Source: an uncultured bacterium | GTDB taxonomy: Bacteria > Omnitrophota > Omnitrophia > Omnitrophales > Aquincolibacteriaceae | Direction of reading: 5' to 3' | Assembly: GCA_964482725.1 (NCBI GenBank) | Contig: CAYZYT010000015.1 | Coordinates: 1 to 54,775 of the forward strand | DNA length: 54,775 nucleotides | Shown: positions 36,413 through 46,597 of the stretch, one piece after another | Layout: every line of letters begins with the position of its first letter | Numbering within the stretch: the stretch's first letter is position 1 | Made by a program: the position numbers and the translations under genes | Notes under the pieces: generated by a model | The model's input: only the letters and a program-made list of their open reading frames with translations | Databases searched by the model: none | Told to the model about the DNA's origin: nothing

Positions 36413-37417
36413 ATGAAAAAATTAAAAGTTGCGATTTTAGGTGTCACCGGTGCAGTGGGTCAGGAACTTTTAGCCATTCTTGAAGAACGGAAGTTCCCGT
36501 TTGCCGAACTCAAGATGCTGGCCTCCGGTCGTTCCGCCGGGAAGAAGATGCAGTTTATGGGGAAGACGTACAATATCGAAGAAGCAACCCCGGACTCTTT
36601 TAAGGGGATCGATCTTGTGCTGGCGAGTGCCGGAGGTTCGATCTCTAAAGCGCTTGCGCCGTATGCCGTGAAGGCCGGGGCGCTTGTGGTGGATAACACC
36701 AGCGCATTCCGCATGGACCCGGAAGTGCCGCTTGTGATCCCCGAGATCAATCCTGAAGATATTGCGAAGCACAAAGGGATCATCGCGAATCCGAACTGTT
36801 CCACCATCATTGCGTTGGTTCCTCTTTGGCCGATCCATAAAGTGGCGAAGATCAAGCGTTTTGTCGCGGCGACCTATCAGGCCGCGAGCGGCGCCGGCGC
36901 GAAGGCGATGGAAGAGCTCAAGATCCAGGCCCAGGACTTTCTGGCCGGCCGGCCCGTCAAAAAAGAGGTTCTGCCGCATCAGATCGCGTTCAACGTGTTT
37001 TCACACAACTCCAAGATCGGGCCGGACGGCTATAACGAGGAAGAGACCAAGATGGTGAAAGAGACCAGGAAGATCTTCCACGACCCGGATATCCGGATCT
37101 CTGCGACCTGCGTGCGCGTGCCGGTCCTTCGGGCGCACTCCGAAGCGCTCAATATAGAGACCGAAAGACCGATCACGGTGGAGGAAGCGCGGGCCCTTCT
37201 CGCGAAGGCCCCGGGCGTGAAGATCGTCGATGACCGCGAAAAGAATTATTTTCCGATGCCTCTCGAAACGACGGGGCAGGATGATATTTTTGTCGGCCGT
37301 CTGCGTATCGATCCGTCTGTGACGAACGGCCTCGCGATGTTCGTCTCAGGCGACCAGATCCGCAAAGGCGCCGCGACGAATGCTATCCAGATCGCTGAAT
37401 TAGCGTTTAGGGAATAG
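36413..37417 (+). CDS. asd: Aspartate-semialdehyde dehydrogenase
   Basis: GVTGAVG, IIANPNCST, TCVRVPV..HSE, KGAATNAIQIAE. Confidence 0.96.
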   Translation: MKKLKVAILGVTGAVGQELLAILEERKFPFAELKMLASGRSAGKKMQFMGKTYNIEEATPDSFKGIDLVLASAGGSISKALAPYAVKAGALVVDNTSAFRMDPEVPLVIPEINPEDIAKHKGIIANPNCSTIIALVPLWPIHKVAKIKRFVAATYQAASGAGAKAMEELKIQAQDFLAGRPVKKEVLPHQIAFNVFSHNSKIGPDGYNEEETKMVKETRKIFHDPDIRISATCVRVPVLRAHSEALNIETERPITVEEARALLAKAPGVKIVDDREKNYFPMPLETTGQDDIFVGRLRIDPSVTNGLAMFVSGDQIRKGAATNAIQIAELAFRE

Positions 37418-37480
37418 GGTATAGGGGATAGAGGGCAATAAAAGATTTTCTATACCCTAAACCCTATACGCTATACCCTA
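37401..37480. repeat. Inverted TAGGG heptamer element (empty), asd/truA
   Basis: TAGCGTT TAGGGAA TAGGGTA TAGGGGA TAG ... CTATACC CTAAACC CTATACG CTATACC CTA; third TAG is the asd stop. Confidence 0.9.
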
Positions 37481-37484
37481 TTGT

Positions 37485-38228
37485 ATGCGTAATATCAAAC
37501 TCGTTCTCGAATACAACGGCTCGATGTTCTTCGGGTTCCAAAAACAACCCGGTCATCCCACCATCCAGGAAGTTCTTGAAAAGGCCCTCTCCGGATTTTT
37601 TAACCGCAAGATGAAGATCGCTGCCGCGAGTGGCCGCACGGATACCGGTGTTCATGCCGAAGGCCAAGTCGTCAATTTCAAGACCTCAAGCGTTCACGAG
37701 CTTGGAAAAATCCAAAAAGGTCTGAACGCGCTTTTGCCGCCGCCGGTCGTTGTAAAAGAAATAGAGGAAGTGGCAGCCGATTTTCATGCCCGCTATAGCG
37801 TTCGCTCCAAGGTCTACGAATACCGGATCTGGAATCACTCCTGCCGTTCTCCGCTTATCGCCGGTCGCGCATTCCATGTTCCTTATGCTTTGAATGTTTC
37901 GAAGATGCGGTATGCCGCCAAGGCTTTCATAGGAAAAAACGATTTCCGTTCATTCACTTCCGTATCGGCCCTGAAAAAAGGAGCCTCCTGTGTCCGGACG
38001 ATCAAGCGCTTTCAGATCAAAAAACAAGGGCATCTCATCCTCATACGCGTCGAGGCGAATGGATTCCTTTACCACATGATCCGGAACATGGTTGGAACGC
38101 TTCTCGAGGTGGGGAGAGGGAAGCGGGCGGCCGAGGAGATAGCCGCTATTTTAAAGGCCCGAGACCGGCGCTATGCCGGCGCAACAGCCCCATCCGAAGG
38201 CCTTACACTGATTAAGGTTACGTACTGA
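37485..38228 (+). CDS. truA: tRNA pseudouridine(38-40) synthase
   Basis: SGRTDTGVHA, FHARYS, GFLYHMIRNMVG. Confidence 0.96.
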   Translation: MRNIKLVLEYNGSMFFGFQKQPGHPTIQEVLEKALSGFFNRKMKIAAASGRTDTGVHAEGQVVNFKTSSVHELGKIQKGLNALLPPPVVVKEIEEVAADFHARYSVRSKVYEYRIWNHSCRSPLIAGRAFHVPYALNVSKMRYAAKAFIGKNDFRSFTSVSALKKGASCVRTIKRFQIKKQGHLILIRVEANGFLYHMIRNMVGTLLEVGRGKRAAEEIAAILKARDRRYAGATAPSEGLTLIKVTY

Positions 38229-38332
38229 TTAGTGGGAGCGGTTTTAATGGGCGGGGGTCCTTGTAAAATCCGGATTATATGTTAGCCTATCGGCAGAGAC
38301 AGTTTTTTAAAAAAGTTGGGACGGCAATCCTG

Positions 38333-38365
38333 ACCGCAGGCTCGAGAGGGCCTGCGGTTTTTTTT
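38333..38365 (+). terminator. Rho-independent terminator downstream of truA
   Basis: ACCGCAGGC-loop-GCCTGCGGT followed by a T run. Confidence 0.8.
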
Positions 38366-38426
38366 GCCCTGAGGAGGTCCCCCTTTTGGAGGGCAAGGAG
38401 CCGGGGATAAAAAAAAAGGTAAAAGT

Positions 38427-38455
38427 TTGACACTCCTAGGGGTTTTTGCTATACT
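38427..38455 (+). promoter_or_regulatory. Sigma70 promoter of rplM-rpsI
   Basis: TTGACA-17 nt-TATACT with TGn extension and GC-rich discriminator. Confidence 0.8.
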
Positions 38456-38615
38456 CCGCGGACTTTTCAATATACTTTGAGTCGCAAGAAGGTTTCTCGC
38501 CTTTCCGACTGCCCGTTCCAAACTATACCGGTTTTTTTTATTTTTATGGGTAACGGTATGGTGCTGCGAACCCGTAAAATGAATAGTAACGCAGTGCTAA
38601 ACAGAAAAGAAAATT

Positions 38616-39044
38616 ATGAAGACTTTTATTCCGACGGAAAAAGACATTGCACGAAAAACGTATTTGATCGATGCCGACGGGAAGACTCTCGGGCGGATGT
38701 CCACAAAGATCGCGTCCCTTTTGATCGGTAAACACAAGACCTGCTTCCAGCCGGATAAGCTTACCGGCGACCAGGTGATCGTGATCAATGCCAAGAAGGT
38801 CCATGTGACGGGCAATAAGAAAGAAGATAAGATCTATACTCACTACACAGGTTTTTCGAGCGGTCTGAAGACGTACACTTACGAGCAGCTCATGGAAAAG
38901 AATCCGGCCGAGATCATCATGCGTTCCGTCAAACGCATGCTTCCGAAGAACCGGATCGGTGATGTGATGCTCAAGAGACTTCGCGTTTATCCCGGTGTCG
39001 AGCACCGGAATAAGTCGCAACAACCCACTAAGATCGAGGTTTAA
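38616..39044 (+). CDS. rplM: 50S ribosomal protein L13
   Basis: IDADGKTLGR, GKHK, GDQVIVINA, MLPKNR. Confidence 0.96.
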   Translation: MKTFIPTEKDIARKTYLIDADGKTLGRMSTKIASLLIGKHKTCFQPDKLTGDQVIVINAKKVHVTGNKKEDKIYTHYTGFSSGLKTYTYEQLMEKNPAEIIMRSVKRMLPKNRIGDVMLKRLRVYPGVEHRNKSQQPTKIEV

Positions 39045-39049
39045 TCCGT

Positions 39050-39448
39050 ATGACCGCTCCCGCGACACTTATGTATGCTACAGGACGCCGTAAAACCGCC
39101 ATCGCTCGTGTGTGGGTGTTCCCCGGGCAAAAAGGTTTTATAGTGAATGGACAGGATTCCGCGAAATATTTGAAACGAGCGAATCTTCAAATGTTGGTCG
39201 AAATGCCGCTTAAATCCGCAAATCTTCTTGGGCAGGTGCGTGTTCGCGCCCGCGTCCAGGGTGGCGGGGTGGCGGGGCAGGCCGGTGCGATCCAACTCGG
39301 GATCGCCCGCGCGCTTGTCGGTCTTAATCCCGAAATGCGTGCCACGCTGCGCAAGGGCGGTTTTATGACCCGTGATCCCAGAGAAAAAGAAAGAAAGAAA
39401 CCGGGTCGTAAAGGCGCTCGCAGAAGCTTCCAGTTCACCAAGCGTTAA
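39050..39448 (+). CDS. rpsI: 30S ribosomal protein S9
   Basis: TGRRKTAIARV, GGGVAGQAGAI, TRDPREKERKKPG, QFTKR. Confidence 0.97.
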   Translation: MTAPATLMYATGRRKTAIARVWVFPGQKGFIVNGQDSAKYLKRANLQMLVEMPLKSANLLGQVRVRARVQGGGVAGQAGAIQLGIARALVGLNPEMRATLRKGGFMTRDPREKERKKPGRKGARRSFQFTKR

Positions 39449-39669
39449 TGCGGCATCTGATACTCCTTCATTTTAAAACGAAGGTTATCCGTGTTGTCCA
39501 AGTCGCCGTTAGTAAAACGGAAAAAAGACTTGGGAGGTCCCAATACCGGTCGCTTGTTTTCAGCCTTTTTTTCCTCGCGCTTGTTTTCATCCTGACCGGT
39601 TGCCAGGGGTTTATGGACGATTACAATTGCACGCCGGTGGGCGCGATGCCGTTAAATTCGAACCAATAA
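39448..39669 (+). CDS. Small hypothetical (possible lipo)protein
   Basis: ATG overlaps the rpsI stop; hydrophobic stretch ending LTGC; start uncertain. Confidence 0.4.
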   Translation: MRHLILLHFKTKVIRVVQVAVSKTEKRLGRSQYRSLVFSLFFLALVFILTGCQGFMDDYNCTPVGAMPLNSNQ

Positions 39670-39780
39670 CCGCGATTTCCGTCCCAATTCTTATTCATTT
39701 CCACGAAGCGGAAATTGGGGCAGTCCTTGGTATCCCTTCTAGAAATAAAAAAAGGCAAGGACAGCAAGAGATCAGGAGCC

Positions 39781-42264
39781 ATGAAAAAAAGCCAGGCACT
39801 GTCGCTATCGGCCGTTCTTCTCCTTATTCTTTTTGTCTTAGGTCTCTGGTTTCAGTCGCATCGTTTTCTTCCCTCCGCAAAACTTCATGAATCCCTGATC
39901 CAGAAAATCCAAGCACTCACCGACAGTGCGTTTAAATATCAAAATGTTCGGGTCGGTTATTTTCCCCAACCCAAGATCGTTTTTGAACGCGTGCAATTGA
40001 CCTTTTCCGATCAGCCGCTCACGATCGATGCGGAAACGATCCAATTTGATTTTACGATCCTTCCTCTTCTTTTCGGGCGCGTGGAACCCGCAGCTTTTTA
40101 TGTGCAATCAGGCAAGGCCGATTTTTCACTTCCAGGCCTGAACTTTCTTAATCCGGTTCGTTTCGAAAATTTCTCGCTCCAGGTCGGCGCCGTCCGTTCC
40201 AAGATCCCCATCCCTTTCCACTTCACCTCGGGAATGGCCGGGAAACCGGACGCGCTTGTGATGAAAGGGAATGTGGTGCTGGATTCTATCGAGCAATGGA
40301 ACTGGGAGAAGGCGAGCGGATCCATCATGGTGGAGCTCAAAGGTCTGTCGGCAGGGGGTGGGGCGGCCCAAGGGCTCGCGGATCCGCGGCGGGCTTTCTT
40401 CTTTAAAGGGGGGCAGATCGATACCTCGGTGGAGATCAAGAAAAAGGCGCAAGAGATTTTTCTGGAATTAAGCGCGACCGGTACCGGGAAGGGCCTTGTT
40501 TATGAAGTTCCTCAGGGGAGTGCCTGGGTTGCGTCGCCGGCGCTTGACGCCGAGTGGAATGTGACGGCCGCGTGGAATAATGACACGAGCGAGCTGAAAC
40601 TCCATAAAGGGCGTGTGAAACTTCCGTTTGGCGAGATCGAGGCGAACGGGAGCATGAAACTAAATACCGGGGAGATCAGCGGCATGCACGTGGCGGGTTC
40701 GAATATGGCGCTTGAGGATCTTTTGAAGTATTGGCCGAGTCTCGAGAATGCGCTCCCTTTTCAAATCGGTTTTTCTGGCCCCGGGAAGTGGGTTCTTTCT
40801 TTAGAAGGGACGTTGGACCATTTGTCACTCCATTTCGGTTGGGATCTCGCGCAGGTGCTTCTGTCTTACGGGCAATATTTTACAAAACCCAAGGACATTC
40901 CTCTGGATCTGAATGTCGATCTTCTTCTTCAAAAAGGCGCCACGTTGGGCGGCGATTTTGCCGTGAAATTCAAGGAATTGAGCATGAAGGGGAATCTCAA
41001 GGATCTGGATCTGAAGACCGGGGGAGGACAGCTCAATCTGATCACGAACAAATTCTCCGTGACCGGTTGGGAGCAATATATCCCCGCGCTCCAGGGTTAC
41101 AAGCTGGAGGGCGATGCCAAATTGATGGCGAATTGGAAAGGGGATCTTCGCAAGATCGAGAAGGCCGAACACATTTTTAACGTTTCATTGGATAAAGCCT
41201 CCTGGACGATCCCTGACGGGCCGGGGGTCCGGAATGCCTCACTTTCTTTAGACTATAGCCCGCTCATGCTGGAGGGCCGGCAAATGCAGTTTGAGATCGG
41301 CGGCTCGACGGTGGTGGCCGATCTGAAAATCGCCGGATTAAAAGAAAAACCCAAAGTCATCGTGAAGGCCTCTGCGGGAGAATTGAAGCCCCTGGAAGTT
41401 TGGCAGGCGGTCGCAGCTCTCTTGCAGCGCAAGGGCGAAGCTGCCGGAGCCAACAAGTATGCCCAGGCGAAAGAATTCATTCAGATGCTTTGTCCGAAGG
41501 ACCAGACCCTTAAAAATGTTTTGGTCGATGTCCTCTATGAGGAAGGGGTGTGGAACGTCCCAGCCCTTCATTTTGAGGGGTACGGCGGAAAGGCCGATCT
41601 TAAAGGGGCGATGAACTTCGACGGCGCAGAAGTGGAGTATGGGTTTGACGGCGAAGTCCGAGGCGTGGATCTCGGTCTTTTCCTGGGTCGAAAGGACGAG
41701 GCTCAAAAAGTTCTTGAAGGAGCGCTCGATCTTAAATGTTCGATGGCGGGGACCGGGTGGGGACCGGAAGCCTGGAGTAAGTCCTTAGCGGGTCAAGGGG
41801 AGTGGACGCTCACGGGCGGGAAGTTTCGAACCTTTGATCTCAAAGACGCTCTTTCAACGATTGAGCATTTCATAGATCTTCCAGAGATCCGGTCCAGTTT
41901 GAAAGATTTTGATTCGATGGATTTCGCGTGGAAGATCTTGGATGGCAAAGTTACGACGGACAACCTGCTTGTCAAAAGCAAAGATTATGTCATGGATGGT
42001 GAGGGGACGCTCGGGTTTGACGGCCTTGCGAATTTCCGGATGGACGTGTTCCTGTCCAGCGCGATCGCGGTGAAATTGTTGCCGGACATGGTCGCTTCTT
42101 TCAAGAAGGATCCGCAAGCCCATCTGGGGCCTATCCCCATGCTGTTTTCAGGATCGCTGCTGACTCCCGAAATAAAACCCGACCCGGCCCAAGCCGAAGA
42201 ATTGACGGAAAAGATCCGTAAGGGGAAGGCGAAGGATTTTCTCTACGAGCTCGTGACCGAATAA
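39781..42264 (+). CDS. AsmA-family protein
   Basis: N-terminal TM anchor, beta-rich repeats, YGGK, C-terminal F..LDGKVTT.NL..; AGGAG RBS. Confidence 0.75.
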   Translation: MKKSQALSLSAVLLLILFVLGLWFQSHRFLPSAKLHESLIQKIQALTDSAFKYQNVRVGYFPQPKIVFERVQLTFSDQPLTIDAETIQFDFTILPLLFGRVEPAAFYVQSGKADFSLPGLNFLNPVRFENFSLQVGAVRSKIPIPFHFTSGMAGKPDALVMKGNVVLDSIEQWNWEKASGSIMVELKGLSAGGGAAQGLADPRRAFFFKGGQIDTSVEIKKKAQEIFLELSATGTGKGLVYEVPQGSAWVASPALDAEWNVTAAWNNDTSELKLHKGRVKLPFGEIEANGSMKLNTGEISGMHVAGSNMALEDLLKYWPSLENALPFQIGFSGPGKWVLSLEGTLDHLSLHFGWDLAQVLLSYGQYFTKPKDIPLDLNVDLLLQKGATLGGDFAVKFKELSMKGNLKDLDLKTGGGQLNLITNKFSVTGWEQYIPALQGYKLEGDAKLMANWKGDLRKIEKAEHIFNVSLDKASWTIPDGPGVRNASLSLDYSPLMLEGRQMQFEIGGSTVVADLKIAGLKEKPKVIVKASAGELKPLEVWQAVAALLQRKGEAAGANKYAQAKEFIQMLCPKDQTLKNVLVDVLYEEGVWNVPALHFEGYGGKADLKGAMNFDGAEVEYGFDGEVRGVDLGLFLGRKDEAQKVLEGALDLKCSMAGTGWGPEAWSKSLAGQGEWTLTGGKFRTFDLKDALSTIEHFIDLPEIRSSLKDFDSMDFAWKILDGKVTTDNLLVKSKDYVMDGEGTLGFDGLANFRMDVFLSSAIAVKLLPDMVASFKKDPQAHLGPIPMLFSGSLLTPEIKPDPAQAEELTEKIRKGKAKDFLYELVTE

Positions 42265-42304
42265 TCCGTCGGTTGCTGATCAAGGGGACAGGCTGAATCC
42301 CCCT

Positions 42305-43030
42305 TTATTTCCTGCCAAATTCCTTCCGCAATCGCCGGACCAAAGCCCTGGCTGCCAGGACCTCGGATTCCCGCTTGATCTTATGAATTGCCGAGGCTTT
42401 TCGTTTGCCTCCGGCCGAAACCGTGGTTTTTACACCCTTTTCCGAGAAGGCGTGTGTGTACTCCGGGAGCTTTTGCCATTTTTTTAAGGTCATTTCCTGA
42501 AGCGTGCTTTTGGGGTTCGGGTCGAGCCGGAAAAGAAGCTTGGGGTCAAAATATCTTTTGAAATGTTTCAGGATGAACGCTTCGACCTTGGTGTGGCCCT
42601 GATCAAAGTAGATCGCCGCAAAAAGCGCCTCAAGCGCGTCGGTAAGCAACTTGGCCTTGAGGAAGTCTTTAAAATTCTGGCGCATATTTTTGCTGATCAG
42701 GAGGATGCGATGGAGTTTCATGCCCTGGGCGATGCGACTGAGGATCTTTTGAGAGACGAGGATCGAACGGAGTTTCGAGAGCATGCCTTCATCGGCTTCC
42801 GGGAATTTCTCGAATAATTTCTGACAAATGACTTCGTTTAAAATGGAATCTCCGAGGAATTCCAGCCGGTCAAAATCTTCGAGTCCCTTCGTGATGCGGA
42901 AGTTCTCATTGCGAAACGAGGGGTGTGTCAGCGCGGCGCGATAGACCGGGAGGGATTTGACCTGGAAACCAAGGACTTTGCGCAGGGAAGTCTTGATGTG
43001 AGGATCTTTGGGGGATATTTTCTTTCGCAT
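42305..43030 (-). CDS. rnc: Ribonuclease III
   Basis: ALTHPS, DRLEFLGDSIL, DALEALFAAIYFD, dsRBD NPKSTLQE. Confidence 0.92.
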   Translation of the reverse strand: MRKKISPKDPHIKTSLRKVLGFQVKSLPVYRAALTHPSFRNENFRITKGLEDFDRLEFLGDSILNEVICQKLFEKFPEADEGMLSKLRSILVSQKILSRIAQGMKLHRILLISKNMRQNFKDFLKAKLLTDALEALFAAIYFDQGHTKVEAFILKHFKRYFDPKLLFRLDPNPKSTLQEMTLKKWQKLPEYTHAFSEKGVKTTVSAGGKRKASAIHKIKRESEVLAARALVRRLRKEFGRK

Positions 43031-43224
43031 GTGCGTACCATAGTCATATTTTGACCTAAAATCAATCTATATCTGGCATTAGCGCTATAAGGGAGATCTT
43101 AAATTCCCATGGTAGGGTAAGGCGAGCCCCGCGGGGCTGCTTTGCCGCGCCATTCCCCGTAAGGGGAAGAGGATCCCCCATACGCTTTATGTTGTCAACC
43201 TCACGGATTTCATAACTTCTTAAA

Positions 43225-43253
43225 TTGACAAAGGATAGAGCCATTTCTATAAT
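43225..43253 (+). promoter_or_regulatory. Consensus sigma70 promoter of the arg operon
   Basis: TTGACA-17 nt-TATAAT. Confidence 0.85.
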
Positions 43254-43338
43254 ACCGAGTCTTTAAGGGGGACAGTCCCTTTAAAAGCTTCAGAGCGATT
43301 GTCCACTTAATTTCCGCAAAGGAGAAAAACACACTCAA

Positions 43339-44361
43339 ATGCTGAATTGTGCGGTTCTTGGCGCCACGGGATATACCGGAGCCGAACTCACGAAGTTGCT
43401 TCTGGCCCATCCCCATGTCCGGGTCTCTCTCTTGACCACCCGGCAGGAAAAACCTATTGCCCTTCGCGAAATCCTGCCCGCGGTTTCAAAAGATATCACT
43501 CTTGAGATCACGCCTTATTCGTTCGATGCGGTGAAAAAAAAAGCGGATGTGGTCTTTTTGTGCCTGCCCCATACCGAGGCGATGGCCGCGGCCGAACAGC
43601 TTCTTGCGGCCGGGAAAATCGTGATCGATCTTTCAGCGGATTTCCGACTGAAGGATAAAAGGATCTATGAGAAATGGTACGGGGTGAATCATGTTGCGCC
43701 TCAGTATCTTTCCAAGGCGGTTTATGGGCTTTGTGAGGTGTATCGGGAAAAGATTAAAAAAGCGACCCTGATCGCGAATCCCGGCTGTTATCCCACGGGA
43801 CCCTCGCTGGCACTCATCCCGCTTCTTAAGAAAAAACTGATCAAGTCGGATTCTATCATCATCAATGCGGCGTCCGGCGTCAGCGGTGCCGGGAAAAAGC
43901 TTGTGACCACGACGCATTTCTGTGAAGCGAGCGAAAATTATAGCGCTTATAAAGTGAACCGGCATCAGCACACCCCGGAGATCGAACAGACGCTTTCCGT
44001 GGCAGCCGGAAAACCCGTCAAGATCACGTTTGTGCCGCACCTATTGCCGGTGAACCGGGGTATTCTCGCGACGATCTATGCCGAAGCGACGGCGAAAGCC
44101 ACGGAATCGCTGATCCGGAAGACGCTGGAGAGCGCTTATGCCAAAGCGCCTTTTGTAAGGATCAAACCCGCAGGGCAGTACCCGTCCCTCAGGGATGTTC
44201 AACACACGAATTTTTGCGATGTCGGCATCAGTGTCCAGGAAGAAACAGGGCGTGTGGTGATCATTACAGCGATCGACAATCTTGTGAAGGGTGCGGCCGG
44301 TCAGGCCGTACAGAACATGAACCTCCGGTTCGGTTTTCCGGAAGAAGCGGGGCTTCTTTAG
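43339..44361 (+). CDS. argC: N-acetyl-gamma-glutamyl-phosphate reductase
   Basis: GATGYTGAEL, IANPGCYPT, IDNLVKGAAGQAVQNMN. Confidence 0.96.
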   Translation: MLNCAVLGATGYTGAELTKLLLAHPHVRVSLLTTRQEKPIALREILPAVSKDITLEITPYSFDAVKKKADVVFLCLPHTEAMAAAEQLLAAGKIVIDLSADFRLKDKRIYEKWYGVNHVAPQYLSKAVYGLCEVYREKIKKATLIANPGCYPTGPSLALIPLLKKKLIKSDSIIINAASGVSGAGKKLVTTTHFCEASENYSAYKVNRHQHTPEIEQTLSVAAGKPVKITFVPHLLPVNRGILATIYAEATAKATESLIRKTLESAYAKAPFVRIKPAGQYPSLRDVQHTNFCDVGISVQEETGRVVIITAIDNLVKGAAGQAVQNMNLRFGFPEEAGLL

Positions 44362-44439
44362 TACCGCTTTAAGATCGGATTTTGGGGTTAGCGGTACCAT
44401 GTGGACAATCCGTTAAAATTAAAGGGAGAGCCATTCTCG

Positions 44440-45660
44440 ATGAAAAAGATTTTTTGGAAAAAAGAAAAGAACGGTTCCGTAACGACCCCGAAAGGTTTTG
44501 TCGCGGGCGGTATCCATGCGGGGATCAAGAAGAAAAAGAAAAAGTATGATGTTTCTCTGACCTATTCAAAAACGCCTTGCGTCGCGGCTGGGACTTTTAC
44601 CACGAACCGAGCGAAGGCGTGGCCGGTGCTCTATTCGATGAAGGCCATCCATGCCTCGAAACATCACGCGATCCTCGGGACAAGCGGGAATGCGAATTGT
44701 CTGAATGGTCCGATCGGGAAGAAGGCGGTCGACGAGATCACATGGGAGGCCGCAAAATATCTGGATATTCTTCCTCATGAAATCCTGCTCGCACAGACCG
44801 GCATCATTGGCGTTCCTTTCCCGATCACCTGCGTGAAGCGGGCGATCCCCAAACTCGTGAAACGTCTTTCCGAGACCGGGGGGCACGGTGCGGCCAAAGG
44901 GATACTGACCACCGATCTTTCCAGTAAAGAGATCGCGCTGTCGGTGGAGCTGGGCGGCAAAAAGGTGACGATCGCGGCGTGCGCGAAGGGCGCCGGGATG
45001 GTGCATCCGAACATGGCCACCATGCTTTGTTTTATCACGACCGATTGTGCGATCACGAAATCGCTTCTCCGCCGGGCCGTGCGCCACGCCGCGGACGATA
45101 CGTTCAACCAAATGGCGATCGACAATGACATGAGCACGAACGATATGGTGCTCTGTCTCGCGAACGGGGAAGCGGGGAATCCTTCGATCCAGAAGATCGG
45201 TAAAGATTACTGGATGTTCCGGGAAACCCTGGAAGAAGTGATGCGGCACATTGCTCATGAAATGGTGACAGACGGCGAGGGTGTGACGCATGTCTGCCGG
45301 CTCCGGGTCTCGGGTGCAAAAAAACCGACGGATGCGGAACGGGCCGCGCGGCAGATCGCTAATTCCATGCTTTTTAAGACGATGCTTGCGGGTTCTAATC
45401 CGAACTGGGGCCGCATCGCGGCTGCGGTTGGGGCAAGCGGCGTAGATTTTAACCCTAATAATCTGAGCATCTGGTTCGGGGATGCTCAAGTGGTCAGTCA
45501 GGGAAGGTTGCGGGTGCTGAACCTCCCGAAGGCCCGGCGCATTCTGCAGAAAAAAGAATACACGATCGATGTTGTGATTGGGAAAGGTCGCGGGCGGGCG
45601 GAGTTCATCACTTGCGATCTCACGACGAAGTACGTGTTGATCAACGCGGCGTACTCATAA
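44440..45660 (+). CDS. argJ: Bifunctional glutamate N-acetyltransferase ArgJ
   Basis: PKGF, TTD, KGAGMVHPNMATML, STND, PNWGRI. Confidence 0.96.
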   Translation: MKKIFWKKEKNGSVTTPKGFVAGGIHAGIKKKKKKYDVSLTYSKTPCVAAGTFTTNRAKAWPVLYSMKAIHASKHHAILGTSGNANCLNGPIGKKAVDEITWEAAKYLDILPHEILLAQTGIIGVPFPITCVKRAIPKLVKRLSETGGHGAAKGILTTDLSSKEIALSVELGGKKVTIAACAKGAGMVHPNMATMLCFITTDCAITKSLLRRAVRHAADDTFNQMAIDNDMSTNDMVLCLANGEAGNPSIQKIGKDYWMFRETLEEVMRHIAHEMVTDGEGVTHVCRLRVSGAKKPTDAERAARQIANSMLFKTMLAGSNPNWGRIAAAVGASGVDFNPNNLSIWFGDAQVVSQGRLRVLNLPKARRILQKKEYTIDVVIGKGRGRAEFITCDLTTKYVLINAAYS

Positions 45661-45668
45661 AAAAAGGA

Positions 45669-45737
45669 TAGGGTATAGGGTGTAGGGTATAGAAACAAGA
45701 ATTTTTCTAAACCCTATCCGCTAAACCCTAAACGCTA
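45669..45737. repeat. Inverted TAGGG heptamer element (empty), argJ/argB
   Basis: TAGGGTA TAGGGTG TAGGGTA TAG ... CTAAACC CTATCCG CTAAACC CTAAACG CTA. Confidence 0.9.
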
Positions 45738-45742
45738 AAAAG

Positions 45743-46597
45743 ATGAAAGAATATATCGCAAAAGCGCAGGCCCTGATCGAGGCGCTTCCTTACATCCAGA
45801 AGTTTCGCGGAAAAGAAGTCTTGATCAAATATGGCGGCGCGGCTCTGACCTATCAGGAAGTTCGCGACATGGTGCTTCAGGATCTTGTCTTCATGAGTTA
45901 TGTGGGGATCCGGCCGATCCTGATCCACGGGGGCGGCAAATTTATCACCGATGCCATGAAGAAAAAAGGCGTGCAAAGCCAGTTCGTGAACGGTCTCCGC
46001 GTGACGGACAAAGCAACGATTGAAGTCGTGAACGAAACGCTTGCGGACCTGAACCGGAGCATTGTCCATGACATTGAACGTCTCGGAGGTTCCGCGGTCG
46101 GGCTTTCCGGCTATGACGCCGAGATCCTGAACGTCGTGAAGCATACCGAGAACGGCGACGTGGGTTTTGTCGGCGATGTTTCTTCCGTCAACACGGTGCT
46201 CCTCAAGGAACTCACGGAATTCGGAAGGATCCCCGTGATCTTTCCGGTGGGCAAGGGACCGGATGGTGAAATGTATAACGTGAATGCGGACGAAGCCGCG
46301 GCCAATATCGCGGCAGCCATGCATGTGCCGAAGTTTATGGTGCTGACGAATGTCAAAGGCATTCTCCGTGATCCGGCCCATGAAGAGACGCTCATTCCTT
46401 CGCTTCGCGTGAGCGAGACGCAACAACTGATCGACCAGAAGATCATTACCGGGGGCATGATCCCCAAGGTTAAGGCTTGCATCGACGCGCTTCAGGGCGG
46501 TGTTCAGAAAGCCCACATCATTGACGGCCGCATCACGCACGCCCTTTTGCTCGAAATTTTTACGGACCAAGGGATCGGGACGGAAATTACACTCTAG
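45743..46597 (+). CDS. argB: Acetylglutamate kinase
   Basis: EALPYIQKF, KYGG, HGGG, NVNAD, GGMIPKV. Confidence 0.96.
   Translation: MKEYIAKAQALIEALPYIQKFRGKEVLIKYGGAALTYQEVRDMVLQDLVFMSYVGIRPILIHGGGKFITDAMKKKGVQSQFVNGLRVTDKATIEVVNETLADLNRSIVHDIERLGGSAVGLSGYDAEILNVVKHTENGDVGFVGDVSSVNTVLLKELTEFGRIPVIFPVGKGPDGEMYNVNADEAAANIAAAMHVPKFMVLTNVKGILRDPAHEETLIPSLRVSETQQLIDQKIITGGMIPKVKACIDALQGGVQKAHIIDGRITHALLLEIFTDQGIGTEITL

Noticed and set aside
42305-43030. rnc as a dedicated component of the heptamer system
   Set aside because: An ordinary housekeeping gene with no physical link to the elements; processing of the stems by RNase III is possible but unsupported here.
43100-43185. Riboswitch upstream of rnc or argC
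   Set aside because: Only short palindromes (AGCCCCGCGGGGCT, TTCCCC..GGGGAA) lying upstream of the predicted promoters; no known aptamer recognised.
43190-43338. ArgR (ARG box) operator
   Set aside because: No convincing tandem ARG-box palindromes near the promoter.
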